64,000 nucleotides of DNA from Eledone cirrhosa (Eukaryota), in contig OZ024761.1 of assembly GCA_964016885.1 (NCBI GenBank), positions 19,158,001 through 19,222,000 of the forward strand. The letters run 5' to 3'. Position 1 is the stretch's first letter. Every line of letters begins with the position of its first letter. Shown here piece after piece: positions 43,150 through 56,859 of this stretch. Under the pieces are notes generated by a model. That model worked only from the letters and a program-made list of their open reading frames with translations, searched no databases and had not been told where the DNA came from. The position numbers were made by a program, and so were the translations under genes.

Positions 43150-43260
43150 TATCAAAAGGATTTGCAACAAATTGTATTTGATCTTAGTATAGAGTCTGTA
43201 CAAGAAGCATGCCTACTTGGCTCTGCCAGAATAATTAGAAAAGTGATGGATACCACCTAA
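43150..43260 (+). mobile_element. R4/Dong-like (restriction-like endonuclease) LINE 3' ORF remnant
   Basis: Translates DLSIESVQEACLLGSARIIRKVMDTT*, resembling the QKxxLLGTAxIxRxV terminus of that clade. Confidence 0.55.
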
Positions 43261-43290
43261 CAGGGTAAAAAGCAAATCTTATCATCTTAA

Positions 43291-43507
43291 CCCTTTAGAA
43301 TTTACATTACTCTATATATACTATTGTATTTTTGTGGTAAAGACTTTATCTTACATATCTCACATAATATCGAATCTATGAGATTTTGATGTTATTTATT
43401 TTGAGAAAATTACCTTAACATCAATGCGAGTGGCTAGTTATAGCCAGTTTGATGAGAAAGAGGTGAGTAAACTTTGGCTGGATATGGCCGGTTTAAATGC
43501 TAAAAGG
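43291..43507. mobile_element. piggyBac-like MITE
   Basis: TTAA-ccctttagaattta...taaatgctaaaagg-TTAA: TTAA duplication plus imperfect terminal inverted repeats. Confidence 0.7.
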
Positions 43508-43894
43508 TTAAGCTCCGAGATGAAGCCTGATGGTAAAAAGAAAAATACTGGTAGTTAACATCATCACTGTGCAATGATGAAGATAACATTTGATAATATC
43601 AAGTAATCAAAATTGTCATCTTAATAATGACAATTACAATAAAGTTAATAATGATATTCATCATTTTGATAACAATAATTATCAAAAAGCTGGTACATAC
43701 ATACAATGCAGTAGAAATACATAAAGTGCTTAGGATGACAAATGAAGCAAAATAAAGTAATGTTTTACCCAGTATATTTCAACATGATATTTCAGGGTTA
43801 TAACCCTCTTTTCAAATGTGAAGCAGAAACGGTTCAAAACAAAATGAACGATCGATGTGTTCTTCCTTAACTATTAATCTTCATTTTATAATAA

Positions 43895-44131
43895 TAATAA
43901 TAATTATATATATATATATATATGTATATACACATATATATACAAACATATATATATATATATACACACAAATATATATATACATACATATATACATACA
44001 TACATATATATATACAACATACATACATATATATACACAGCAACTGTCTCCCTTGTTTTTCTTGGAAAGGTTCATGCCATAAACTCCAGGTGTGCTTTTT
44101 TACTATCTTAACATTTCTCACTACAACAACA

Positions 44132-44181
<50 letters not shown>

Positions 44182-44310
44182 AACCACTATTACTATTACA
44201 ATCTTTTTTTTTTTAATGGTTCCCTTCTTATGATGGTGCAATTCCCAAAGTAACCCGTTTCTTTACCCTGTATATATACCAAAAAAAAAAAAATTGTAAT
44301 ACTAATAGTG

Positions 44311-44343
<33 letters not shown>

Positions 44344-44534
44344 ATAGTAGTAGTAGTAGTAGTAGTTGTTGTTGTTGTTGTTGTTGTGAGAAATGTTAAG
44401 ATAGTAAAAAAGCACACCTGGAGTTTATGCCTGAACCTTTCCAAGAAAAACAGGGGAGACAATTGCTGTGTATATATATGTATGTATGTATGTATATATA
44501 TATTTGTATATATATATGTATGTATATATGTATT

Positions 44535-44601
<67 letters not shown>

Positions 44602-44760
44602 ATATATATTTGTATATATATATATATATGTTTGTATATATATATATGTGTATATACATATATGTGTATATATATATTTGTATATATATTTGTATATATA
44701 TATATGTGTATATATATATGTGTATATACATATATGTATGTATATATATATATATATATT
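43895..44760. repeat. Local inverted duplication including microsatellites
   Basis: 44030-44214 is reverse-complementary to 44281-44475; ~65 bp spacer; arms continue into TA/CA arrays. Confidence 0.8.
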
Positions 44761-44829
44761 ATTTGCTGAGAATACTACCAAAGTTATGCAGCATAAAGGG
44801 GGTTAACTGTACACTGGACTGTACTGATT

Positions 44830-45425
44830 GAAGTGATTGTACCCCCTCCCCCCAAACCCCATCTCATTTATATGCAAATGGATTGAACCATTAACAGTAC
44901 TGGTAAAGAAATTGTACCCCTTCCTCCCACCCCCCAACCCCTTCTCATTTATATGCAAATGGACTGACCCATTAACAGTACTGGTAAAGAGATTGTATCT
45001 ACTCCCCTCCTCCCTTTTACATGTAAATAGACTGATCCATTAACAGCACTGATGAAGAGCCGGTACCTACCCCACTAGCCCTTTATATCGAAATGGACTC
45101 AACCATTAACAGTTCTGGCAAAGAAATTGTACTCCCAGCTGGCCCCTTCCCTTCCCATATATATGCAAATGGACTAATTCATTAACAGTCCTGTTAAATA
45201 AACTTTACTTCCCCACCACCACCACCGTTTATATCAAAATGGACTCAGCCATTATCAGAGCTGGTAAAGAAAATGTACCTTCCCTATTTACAATGAAATG
45301 GACTGATCCATTGACAGCATTGGTGAAGAAATTGTACTTATGCAGATGGACTGATCCATTAACAGTGCCAATGAAATAAACTGTACCTATCCCCCTATTT
45401 ATGTGAAAATGGAATGATCCATTAA
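44830..45425. repeat. ~60-80 bp degenerate tandem repeat
   Basis: Recurring aatggactgatccattaacag...aagaaattgtac. Confidence 0.8.
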
Positions 45426-45723
45426 CGTGTTTTTACTGTTTATTATTATAATTTTTTTTGTTTTGTTTCTTTGTCTATGATTTTGATAAGGCCACATCAC
45501 TGTGACACTGTACACATGTATTATACACCCATCCACCCCTCTAACTTCCAGCCAAGTGGAATGGTCCAAGAACATCTTCTTCCCAAGCACTCAGCAAAAA
45601 TGATGCGGACAAGATTTGAACCTTCGACTTGGTGTTTCAACCATGACACACACTGTCTTTTTCTCTCCCCCTCTCCTCTTCACTACTTCTCCTTCTCTCC
45701 CCTATCCCTCCCTCTATCTATCT

Positions 45724-45798
<75 letters not shown>

Positions 45799-46504
45799 AA
45801 GTGTTTCCATAGAAAAGGTAAAGGAAAGAAGAGTGCTCTATGTATAATACAGAGCTATTTAATTATGTAATAAACAACACAATATAATTATTCCATTACC
45901 AAAGGTTTCAGGAAGTTAGACAAATTATATTGTGTTGTTTATTATATAATTAAATATATATATATATATATATACATACATACATATATACATATATATA
46001 TATGTATATATAGTGAAGGCGTGTGGCTGAGTGGTTAGAGAATTGGATTTGCAATCGTGAGGTTGTGAGTTCGATTCCCGGACCAGGTGATGCGTTATGT
46101 CCTTAAGCAAGGCACTTTATTTCGCGTTGCTCCTTCTATCTGGAGTTGCGACCGATAGATAGTATTATCAATTGGAAAGACCAATGGAAGCATTGTTTCC
46201 TTGGTCCGATTTGACGAAAAGTCGATCGTTTCCTTACATATATATATATATATATATATCCAGGAAACAAGCAAACAAACATGAGGATGCATTAACATGT
46301 TATATATATACTTTGTTAAAGGTATCATTACATATTTAATATGTATGATGATCATGATTCTCAATAAATAAGCTCAATGGGCCTTAGTTCAGAGCATCAA
46401 TTATTTAAATTTAAAAGATATATGTACAGAGAAAAAGATATATATCATTTGAGAAACACATAGCATTTTGTACATATATAGAGAGAGAACAAATAATATT
46501 CAGG

Positions 46505-46735
46505 AAAATATACATATTTTAAGATGGTAAAAGATAATTTCTACAAGACTAGAGCTGTTTAATTCATTTGAAATCAGCAGGACTTCCTGGTGATTCCAAA
46601 TGCATGAAACAGTTCTAGTCCTGTAGGAGTCATTACCATATAAAATAATTATATACCTTCTTCTCTACTAAAGTATTGTGTATCATCTTATTTAACTGTG
46701 GTTCTCTACAGTTCCTCTTGGGAAAACCATTCTTA
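46505..46735 (+). mobile_element. Asymmetric fold-back element (gaaacagttctagtcctgtag family), old
   Basis: Imperfect arms centred ~46585; relatives at 53298-53465 and 60632-60816. Confidence 0.55.
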
Positions 46736-46754
46736 TATATATATATATATATAT

Positions 46755-46901
<147 letters not shown>

Positions 46902-47159
46902 TTCATATATATACATTTATATATATATACATATATATATACATTTATATATATATACATATATATATACATTTATATACATATACATATATATATATAT
47001 ATATTTATAGATACATATATAAACATTTATAAACACATATATATACATATATATATTCATTTATATATATATATATATACATACTTACAAATATATATAC
47101 TCCCGTCTGTTTATCCATCTTTACATCTCCCTTCCATCTCTACTTCTTCACCCTTCTAT

Positions 47160-47204
<45 letters not shown>

Positions 47205-47559
47205 ATCTAACCCATGCTAGCGTGGAAAATGGATGTTAAACGAAGATGATGATGATGATGATATATATATATTACTCTCTTCCCCTCTTTCTCTATCTAT
47301 CTATATAAATATATCACTTTTCTCCTCTTTGTCTATCTTCCCCTCCCTCACACCTCTATGTGAATATGTTTATTTTTTATTTTATTTTATATTCTTTTAC
47401 TTTATTTATGTTTTTGTTGTTGTTATTGTTGTTGTTTTGTGTCATTTTTTTTCACAATAAATTCTTCAATTTGAAAATAAAATATTAAAAAATAATAATA
47501 CCAATACATAACAATACTGTGTGTGATTCTTTTGTCATTGTTGTTATTGTTACAGCATG

Positions 47560-47875
47560 GCACCAGTAATGTACTGGGGTCGATTCAATCGACTTCTCCT
47601 CCCCCAAAAAGATTGTTGGCCTTGTGCCTAAATCAGAAACCATTATTTTAAGGGCGGTGGATTGACAGTATCGGTGAAGGGTTGGACGCCATGCTTTGCA
47701 GCACAGAGTTACGGCCCTTTATAATCTGAGTTCAAATCCTGCCGAGGTTAACTTTGCCTTTCTACCTTTACGGGGTCGATAAAATAAAGTATCAGTCATA
47801 CGCATTGGGGTCGATTTAATCGACTTTCCCCTCCCCCAAAATTGCTGGCCTTGTGCCTATATAAGAAACCATTGT
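47560..47875 (+). mobile_element. tRNA-SINE: partial plus full copy in tandem
   Basis: Same family as 7593. Confidence 0.8.
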
Positions 47876-47899
47876 TACAGCATGGCTATGTTTATTCAC

Positions 47900-48332
47900 A
47901 ACCCCACGGAAGCAGTTTCAATCCTACTGTGCCTCGTATGAGGCAGGTGTCTTTTACAGTAGCTTTGGGTTGACCAATACATGGAGTATGAAATATATGT
48001 ACATATATATACACACGACCGTGACCTCTGGCATCACGCAGTAATACAGAGTACCCGACCTCCCATGGGTACAAGCTGAAGCATATAGACAATATGCCCC
48101 CACACCCTCCCACTGCAAAGTGGACGTGTAGGCGCCATGGCAAAAAAAGCACCCAGCACTCACTATAAATGAGGTTGGTGTTAGGAAGGGCATCCAGCTG
48201 TAGAAATCAAGCCAGAATCAGTTCCCGGATGAGCAAGGCATGGTCAGCCGACCAGACACTGCCCACAACAGGACAACCCGTCTAACCCATGCTAGCATGG
48301 AAGAATGGACGTAAAATGGTGATGATGATGAT
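47900..48332 (+). mobile_element. RTE-related short element ending in (GAT)n; near-identical copy at ~52495-52812
   Basis: Ends ctaacccatgctagcatggaa...ggacgtaaaa-gatgatgat, a tail shared with ~12140, 26710, 47210, 60140, 63320 and 63720. Confidence 0.65.
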
Positions 48333-48703
48333 ATACATATATACATATATACACATATATATATATTTTTAATAGAAAAAAATGAGGAAGTTTCATTTAC
48401 ATATAACACTTCCTCGTTTTTTTTCTGTTATAAACACTCTGCTGTGCATAGAATGCTTTCTTTGGTACCAATACCAGTAATTCACATTACAAGAAAATAT
48501 AAAACTAGGCGAAGAAAGATTACAGCTCAAAATATGAGATTTATCACTATAAACCATTCAGAAGGCTAAATACAATCCAGGTTTGAGTATTGAGTTGTAT
48601 GAAATCCAAGTTTGAAGATATTTAAGTAACAATATAAACTCATAGAGCATAAATATTATAATAATATAAAGGACCAATATTTCCTTAAATGTCTATATAT
48701 ATA

Positions 48704-49270
48704 TGGTGGCTGCAAACTCTGCTCAGAGCATTGTAATCGCTTGTCAGGTTCAGATGTGTGACGTTCGGATATGGCTTTTCAAGCCAGCTAGAGACTTGCA
48801 CTCATTCTCACATTGACGACAACTATGGATCTCTCTGGCCTCAGGTCTTACATCAGGTTGCCTGTGAACCTTCACAATACCGTGGAGTTGATAGTCCACT
48901 GGTTCTCTCTGAACATGGCTGCAACTGTGGCCCCTGAGACCAGATTTGCTCAAGCAAATATATATATATATATACACACATTTGATGGCTGCCCCCTCGT
49001 TATCAAGTATGGCCATTGCACAATATAACATTATTAATAATTATCAATTAATGCTATCGTGCAATGCCTGTGTGTCAAGACTTTTTTTAAAGTGAGGAAA
49101 GACTGTACACTGAGCCAATCCCACTCTCTGAGTGACAGTAGCTATAACCCGAAAAGAAGAAAAGATCAACATCATTGGTAACTACTGAGCTGCAGGTTTT
49201 ATGTCGGAGTTATCCAGGTTTCCTGAGTTGCCTTCTCCTAGAAGAATACCCTGACAAAGACTAGGGGTCC
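48704..49270 (-). mobile_element. Diverged relative of the ~610 bp RTE-like element
   Basis: Starts atggtggctgcaaactc; minus strand encodes [22 protein letters not shown]. Confidence 0.6.
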
Positions 49271-49529
49271 TTCACGTACATACATACACATACAATGTTT
49301 GTCCAGCTGTTATATTTTTTTAGGTGCACCAAACCTGACTAAACCTGTTGGACTGTTTATATATATTATATATACACGACATGTGTGTATAAAGAACATC
49401 CTATCTTGAAGGTATGTTTGCTGTGTCTTAGTTTAAAACCTTTCATTAATATAATTTTAATGAAAGACACCACCACCACCACCATTGTCTCATGCAACAC
49501 CACATCATAGCTACCACCTGAGTACACCA

Positions 49530-50545
49530 TGAATATTACCTCACACCACCACCACCACCAACATTACCTCACACTACAACCACTACCACTACAACCACCA
49601 CCACTACCACCACTACCACTACCACTATCACCACAGCCACAACCACTGCTATCACAACTGCCAATATTGCCTCACACCACAACCACCATAACCACCACAA
49701 CCACTACCACCACAACCACTACAACCACTACCACTATCACCACAACTACCACCACTACTACCACAACCACTGCTACCACAACTGCTAATATTGCCTCACA
49801 CCACAACCACAACCACCATAACCACCATAACCACCACAACCACAACCACTACCACCACAACCACTACCACTATCACCAAAACTACCACCACTACTACCAC
49901 AACCACCACCACTACTACCACAACCACCACCACCACTACTACCACCACCACCACAACCACCACCACTACCACTACAACCACCACCACTACCACTACAACC
50001 ACCACCACTACCACTACAACCACCACCACTACCACCACAACCACCACCACCACAACCATCACCACTACCACCACAACCACCACTACCACAACCACCAACA
50101 TTGCCTCACACCACATTATCAACCCTACCTACCACTACCAACACCTCATGTCATCACAGTATATTATGACCTCATACCACCACCATTACCTCACACCACA
50201 ACCCCCACCACCACTATTACCTCATTACCTCACACCACAACCCCCACCACCACAATTACCTCACACCACAACCCCCACCACCACTATTACCTCATTACCT
50301 CACACCACAACCCCCACCACCACTATTACCTCATTACCTCACACCACAACCCCCACCACCACTATTACCTCATTACCTCACACCACAACCCCCACCACCA
50401 CCATTACCTCACACCACAACCACCACCACCACTATTACCTCACAATACAAACCACCACCACCATTGCCTCACCTCACACCAATACCACCACAACGCCTCC
50501 ACCACCTTTACCTCACACCACTACCACCACCACCACCACTACCAG
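49530..50545. repeat. ACC/ACT-rich microsatellite plus ~39 bp minisatellite (attacctcacaccacaacccccaccaccact)
   Basis: Directly visible. Confidence 0.9.
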
Positions 50546-50859
50546 CACCCCAGTCCACACTGCCAGCAATGTTGGCATGCCTCCAAAGAGTTTCTACAAC
50601 TGAAATGTCCCAGACATGGTGTGATTCACACAGTGAGAGGGGGGGGGGGGTGGAGGGGACTATGAATCATTCTGGTCGGTTTCGGTCCCAACACAGGGAC
50701 CCTGACTAACGGGGGTTTGGCACATAGTGTCACTACCCTGGTTGATTGCCAACACACACACATATATATCATCATCATCACCGTATGTATGAGTATGTAA
50801 ATAAATATATATATACTAGCAGAATGGCCCGGCGTTGCTCTAGGGTTCTTATATATAAT

Positions 50860-51380
50860 AATAATGATAATAATGAAATTATTGTGTAAAGTGCTCAGGT
50901 GCACTACAACTCGTCAATATAGTACATAGAATAATACACAAATGCCAGGGAAGTACATGTTTGTATGTGTTAGCTGTAGTGTTGGCGGATCTCGGGAAGC
51001 ATGGAGGCCTTAAAGGATGCAGCGTCTCGACAGCTAACAACTGATGCAGGTAGTTTGTTCCATGCTTCAGCAACTCTGAGCGTGAAAAAATGTTTCCGAA
51101 AGTCATGGGAACTGTGCTGTTTTCTTACTTTGTGGGCATGTCCACGTGTGTTAGACACATGGAAATCAAAAAGGTACTCAGGGTTGTTGTTGGCAACATG
51201 GTTAACAATTTTGTGGGTGTTTACCAAGTCAGTTGCCAGGCGTCGGAGCTTCAATGAATCCATGCCCAGGGAAGCAAGGCGATCAGAGTATGGTAGATGC
51301 CTGATGGAGGGTATTCGCTTGGTTGCACGTCTCTGAACAGTTTCCAGGCGGTCAATGTCCTGAGCAAGATAGGGGTTCCA
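50860..51380 (-). mobile_element. CR1/L2-clade LINE 3' fragment
   Basis: WNPYLAQDIDRLETVQRRATK...LRRL..DL...NTRGH..K...R.HFF..RV...WN.LP..VV, a CR1-type RT C-terminus; (ATT)n tail. Confidence 0.85.
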
Positions 51381-51697
51381 TATATTTTTGATATATATTT
51401 ATCCTTATTGAGCCTTGTGAAATAAATACGTTTGTTTATATTTTGTTATTGTGTATGCAAAAATGTATGTACACGAATATATAATTATATATATATATTA
51501 AAATAACAGATTAAAGTTTAAGCAAAGAATCGCTGCTTTCCACCCTTAACGGGATCTTCTGAAACTAAAAAACTCAATCTAGGAATGCAGAAGTAAATAT
51601 TTCGAAAAACATTATACTATATATAGCTTCCAACAGTAATGGTTGCATTCTTTAAGGGTATGTCAATATTTATTTATAAAACTGCTCTATATTATAT

Positions 51698-51756
51698 TTT
51701 ATCTGATGAAAGCACACCATAATTTAACTTGGTGTCCTTGAAATATGTATAATGAA
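51698..51756 (+). ncRNA. Type I hammerhead ribozyme
   Basis: tttat-CTGATGA-[aagcacacca...tggtgtcctt]-GAAA-tatgta-TA-atgaa. Confidence 0.7.
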
Positions 51757-53213
51757 ATAAATATGGTTTTATAAATATAGTTTCCATTTGTTAATATCGT
51801 ATTTTTACTTCAATTATTTGTTGAGTGCTTTATATCAGTTATAAAAATATTTGCTTGTTGTATCCCAACAATTTAAATAGAACTTTTACATATATATATA
51901 TATATACAGTATATATATATATATATACGTCGCTATCTGTGTGTGTGTGTGTATATATGTATATATATAGTGTGTATATATATATATATATATATGCACA
52001 CACACTATATATACATATATACACACACACACAGATAGCGACGTCATAATGTCGTGATGCAGACAGCCAGACATACAGACAGATATTATAAGGGCGCAAC
52101 GTTATATCTATGTATCTATCTAAAAAGAAAGACTAACAATTATAGAGAGAGATCGCTAAATCGCCTAGTGCGGTCCCTAGGGCACTGAAAATTTGAAATA
52201 TTTTTTGCTCAAAGCATTGACAGGACCATAAGTATTATATGTGTAAAGAAAATAATCGGTTGGGTGGTTCTGGAGTTTTAGGGAGTCAGACAGACAGACA
52301 TTCTCTGTTTCAGATATATAGATTACACTCTGCTTTATTCTACACCTCTATACTTACTGGAAACTACGCATCGAGTGCTCATTCTGGTAAACCTACAGTA
52401 ACTGGATGTTACAATCCCTATATATACATACATATACATATATGTATGTATAAAAGCCAACCTTACCCAATTACACCTCTCAAAGGCAATGACATACGAC
52501 CGTGACCTCTGGCGTCACGCAGTAATACAGAGTACCCGACCTCCCATGGGTAAGCTGAAGCATATAGACAATATGCCCTCACACACCCCCACTGCAAAGT
52601 GGACGTGTAGGCGCCACGAAAAAGCACCCAGCACTCACTGTAAATGAGGTTGGTGTTAGGAAGGGCATCCAGCTGTAGAAATCAAGCCAAATCAGTTCCT
52701 GTATGAGCAAGGCATGGTCAGCCGACCAGACACTGCCCACAACAGGACAACCCGTCTAACCCATGCTAGCATGGAAGAACGGACGTAAAACGGTGATGAT
52801 GATGATGATGATATATATATGTACATATAGATATATGTATATATATATATATAGTTAAAAATGGAACGGGAGCAAAACAGAGAGGCAGTACGAACAAAGG
52901 TTTATTAGTTTCACGCTCTTGAGAGTGGGAGGGGTGGGGAACGACGTTTCGGGCATAAGCCCTTCTTCAGGCGGGAAGTGTGTGGGAAGAGAGTTCCGAG
53001 GGTGTGTAGGGGAGTGGAAGAGAGACATTTAGAAAAAAGGGGGGGAGAGGAAAGGGAGGAAAAACGGTGGAAGGGGTACAAATAAAAATTTTTTTAAATA
53101 AAAATAAATATATATATATATACATATATATGTATATAGTTTCGTTGACAAATATATCAATGTGCCCAGACACGCAGCTATATTGCCCTTGGTATGACAG
53201 TGTGGTTTGTATG

Positions 53214-53263
<50 letters not shown>

Positions 53264-53297
53264 TATATATATGTATATATATATATATGTATATATA

Positions 53298-53571
<274 letters not shown>

Positions 53572-53594
53572 TATATATATATATATATAGATAG

Positions 53595-53950
53595 ATGTTT
53601 CCGCAGCAAAACGGCTACCCCACCCCCACCTCCCGGCTGACAGAGAGATGCGTAGATCTCAAAGTCGTCGAAGATGGGGGCCAGCTGTCGCTCGCTGTGG
53701 ATCCTGGACTTGCAAATGACTGCCACATCCATACTGTGCGACCTGAGCTCGTTTAAGAGTTTGCCCTTTTTTCAGGAATAGCCCCAGGCCCCGCACATTC
53801 ACACATCTGACTCTTATATTGGCCATTATTGGTGAGGAAGAATTAGAAAAGAAGTGGAAAGAATCCACTTACCTCCTCGCTTCCTGGAGACCAGGCTGCA
53901 CAATGTCCATGGGGGTGTTGGAGGGGTTGTTTGGTAGGGTGGTGGTTTCT
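53595..53950 (-). pseudogene. Tx1/L1-type LINE ORF2 N-terminal (APE endonuclease) remnant
   Basis: MANIRVRCVNVRGLG... and ...GGVAVLLRK motifs in different frames. Confidence 0.55.
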
Positions 53951-53967
53951 GGTGGGGAGGGGACGGA

Positions 53968-54004
<37 letters not shown>

Positions 54005-54533
54005 ATATTTGGGGAGGGTCATATTTGCGTAATATTGCCAGAATTAATAACAGAACACACTCACTGTTTGGTTGGTTTTCGCTTCTCGCTGTCTTTTATA
54101 TATATATATCTGCGATCTAACTTACTCGGTCCTCAATGTTGCCATTGACTGACCGGCGGTCAAAAATAATACAGATACAATATAGACAAACACATATATA
54201 TATAGTTTACATAAATCTTTCGTTGCACATCTGCAACATCGTCAGTGGTGTTATATTCATTGTTCCTCCTGTTGTGTTGTATGTCTACGCCATTTTTTTT
54301 TTTTTTTTTTTGTTCAGTCTGTCTATATATTTATTTATTTATTTGCTTGTTTGTTTATCTTATTTTATTTTGTCTTCTTTGCGCATGCGTTTGCGTGTGT
54401 GTATAGTGTTATGTGTGATGTGTGATGTGTGACTAGTGTGTATAGTGTTGTCTGCTGGGTGACTAGTGTGTGTTTATGTGCTTGTGTATGTATTTATTTA
54501 TCTTATTTTATTTAATTTAATTTACTTATTTAT

Positions 54534-56762
54534 TTATACTTCTCTTAGGTCAGTGTTGTTTGTTTGGGTGTTGTTGTTGTTCCACTCATTCTTTCTGTTT
54601 AGCTTTGGTCTTCTAATTTCTATTTCACTGGCCTCTCTGATTTGCCTATCTGCTGGGTCATTCCTATGTTTAGATATTATTCTAATTTCTATGTTGTCTA
54701 TGTTACCGTCATGATGTTGTCTAGCATGTTCGTATAGTACTGACCCGTTTTTTCGTCCTTTTAGTTCCCCCCAGTGTTGGTCTATCCTTTCACCTATGCT
54801 ACGAGCTGTCTCACCTATGTATGTTGTTGTCGTGTTTCTGCAAGTACCCTCTGTACATCTTATGCTATAGACTACGTTTCTAGTTTTACAGTTTATCCGG
54901 GGGTTCACCTTACATATGATACATTTCCTATTGGTACAGTGGGTTTTCTTAAAAGGGTAGGTTTTGCTGATCAGGGATTTTATGGTGGTTCCTGGCTTTT
55001 CTACCACCTTTATTTTTAAGTGGGTCTTTCTCAGGGCCTTTCTACACTGGTTAGCTAATTTCCCTCCAGGGGTGGCGTCCACAAACATGACACTCTGATA
55101 TCTCTGGTTGTCGTACCATGATGTGGCCTTCCCTATCTTATGTCTAGCCCTATCTAAGCTATTCCATGATTTGCTCCTGTATAGTGGGCAAATTCCTTTC
55201 ATGTCCAGTTCTATGAGGGTCTTATACTTTTCCATGGCTCCTTCGTATACTCTGACTCTGTCTCTTTGGTTGTAGCCAGAGAACTGCATGCGGTTGATGA
55301 AGTGTTGGATGTGTCCTTCCATTTCTGTTGGGTCGCACATGCTGGACACATTCTTCATCACTCGTACCAAATCTGCGATCAGAATATTAAACTTAGCACT
55401 ACTGGACATTGCTGAGTTTTTGAGTATCAGGTATTTGGAGGCCATGGGTTTAGCATAGTGTGAGTGGAGAATTTGGGCTCTCTCGTCTATAGTGTTAATC
55501 CAGAGTTCTGTGTCTAATACAGGTAGTCTATTGTTAGGGTGTTTGGAAGGGAAGTCTATAGTTACAGTTATACTCTGGTGTATGGAATTAGCTATCTGCT
55601 GGATGCTTTCCATCGTGCTACGTTCTAAATCAAACTTGTTAGTGCTCTCTAGTGGGGGTGTTCTTATAACTATATTGATATCGTCTACATAACGAGAGTA
55701 CATGATGAGGTCTATGGAGCTTTCATTAAGGAGATCTTTAAGTCTCCTTTCCCACCATACCATGAAAAGGTTGGCAACATCGCCAGCTATGCTGACGCCG
55801 ATGGCTGCTCCCTCATTTTGGGTGTAGATTTTCTCATTGAACTTAAATATGTGGCCCTTTAGGGTAGTTTTGATACTAGCCCCTATTGCATGTGCGACCA
55901 TTTTTCTTACCTGATCAGTGTTTTGGGGGGTCCGTATAGCTTTGGTCCACCCAATCCACCTTCCTATGGGAGTCTTTTTAGCCATTGAGGTTATGGTGGG
56001 GGGTCTACCTCTTATAGGTCTACTAGGGCAGAAACATCTAAGGTCATGGCTGTCTAGGTAGTCAGTGTCGTAGGTAAGTCTAAGTAGGAGGCCCAGTTCG
56101 TCTGTGTCGACGTCGCAGAACTCCACCTCACTCTCAATGATCATCTCCACACATCTTTTCACAGCAAAATCAATGTTAATGGATGGGTACAGTGACACCA
56201 CATCCATGCTGCCTATTATGCAGTTGGATAGGCTCCTGTTTTTGTTGCACTCACTGATTCTGCTGAGGAGGTCCTCTGTACTTTCACATACATCTGGGGA
56301 CATCTTGATTATGGGGCGTATAACCATTGAGAGGAAGTAGGAGATCCTGTAGTTGCTAGCTATATTAGCTCCGCATACAGGTCTTGTTGGTGGTCCTATT
56401 GTCGGGTCGTCGACTGTCTTGTGGTCTTTGCGGAGCCCATACAAGGGTGGTATGCCATTGTTAGACGCCTGGAAGTTGTTGGCAGTGCGTCTGCTTGGCT
56501 TTAGGATGTCAGTCCACATCATCATGTGAGCGTTGAGGATTTTTTCTCTCCCATCGTGTGTTAGTTGTGCAACTTCGCTCGTGTTGGTGATGTGGGGTTG
56601 CATTGCCTCGATGTAGTTCGGCATGCTATCTATTGACATCCTACCAGACTTATCTGTGGGTAGACACACTACCTCACCATCCCTTGTGCGCTGCTTGAGG
56701 CTAACCAAGCCTTCTACAGGTTTTATCCCAAGTTGTTGGGCCTCTGGTCTGCTCTGTCTCAT
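54534..56762 (-). CDS. Penelope-like RT + GIY-YIG endonuclease (742 aa, N-terminally truncated)
   Basis: TDKS, YGLRKDHK, TRPV, SMDVVSLYPSI, QNEGAAIG, RYVDD, LPVLD, YAKP; linker CTNRKCIIC; VVYSIRC...YIGETARSIGERIDQH. Confidence 0.92.
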   Translation of the reverse strand: MRQSRPEAQQLGIKPVEGLVSLKQRTRDGEVVCLPTDKSGRMSIDSMPNYIEAMQPHITNTSEVAQLTHDGREKILNAHMMMWTDILKPSRRTANNFQASNNGIPPLYGLRKDHKTVDDPTIGPPTRPVCGANIASNYRISYFLSMVIRPIIKMSPDVCESTEDLLSRISECNKNRSLSNCIIGSMDVVSLYPSINIDFAVKRCVEMIIESEVEFCDVDTDELGLLLRLTYDTDYLDSHDLRCFCPSRPIRGRPPTITSMAKKTPIGRWIGWTKAIRTPQNTDQVRKMVAHAIGASIKTTLKGHIFKFNEKIYTQNEGAAIGVSIAGDVANLFMVWWERRLKDLLNESSIDLIMYSRYVDDINIVIRTPPLESTNKFDLERSTMESIQQIANSIHQSITVTIDFPSKHPNNRLPVLDTELWINTIDERAQILHSHYAKPMASKYLILKNSAMSSSAKFNILIADLVRVMKNVSSMCDPTEMEGHIQHFINRMQFSGYNQRDRVRVYEGAMEKYKTLIELDMKGICPLYRSKSWNSLDRARHKIGKATSWYDNQRYQSVMFVDATPGGKLANQCRKALRKTHLKIKVVEKPGTTIKSLISKTYPFKKTHCTNRKCIICKVNPRINCKTRNVVYSIRCTEGTCRNTTTTYIGETARSIGERIDQHWGELKGRKNGSVLYEHARQHHDGNIDNIEIRIISKHRNDPADRQIREASEIEIRRPKLNRKNEWNNNNTQTNNTDLREV

Positions 56763-56859
56763 AGTGTACCTGTCTACTACTTGTCAAATAGATGACGAGA
56801 CGGAGGCACAGTTCACCATAGCTAGAAATAAGATTAGACAAGTAGTAGACAGGTACACT

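Larger units (their letters stand above)
50816..52322 (-). mobile_element. Non-autonomous Helitron-like element carrying nested insertions
   Basis: Minus strand begins A|TCtatatatc...gaatgtctgtctgtc and ends gcaacgccgggccattctg-CTAG|T; pairing the two ends into one element is inferred. Confidence 0.55.

Noticed and set aside
43782-43819. Hammerhead-like motif on the minus strand (acat-TTGAAAA...GAAA-ta-TC-atgt)
   Set aside because: Two core substitutions; at best a dead relic
44830-45425. Repeat-spacer-like array resembling CRISPR
   Set aside because: Repeats are degenerate, spacers are related to each other, there are no cas genes, and the context is eukaryotic
49529-50665. 378 aa His/Thr/Pro-rich ORF
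   Set aside because: Simple repeat and minisatellite
56623-56785. N-terminal extension of the 821 aa ORF
   Set aside because: Antisense read-through of the left palindrome arm, not a genuine N-terminus
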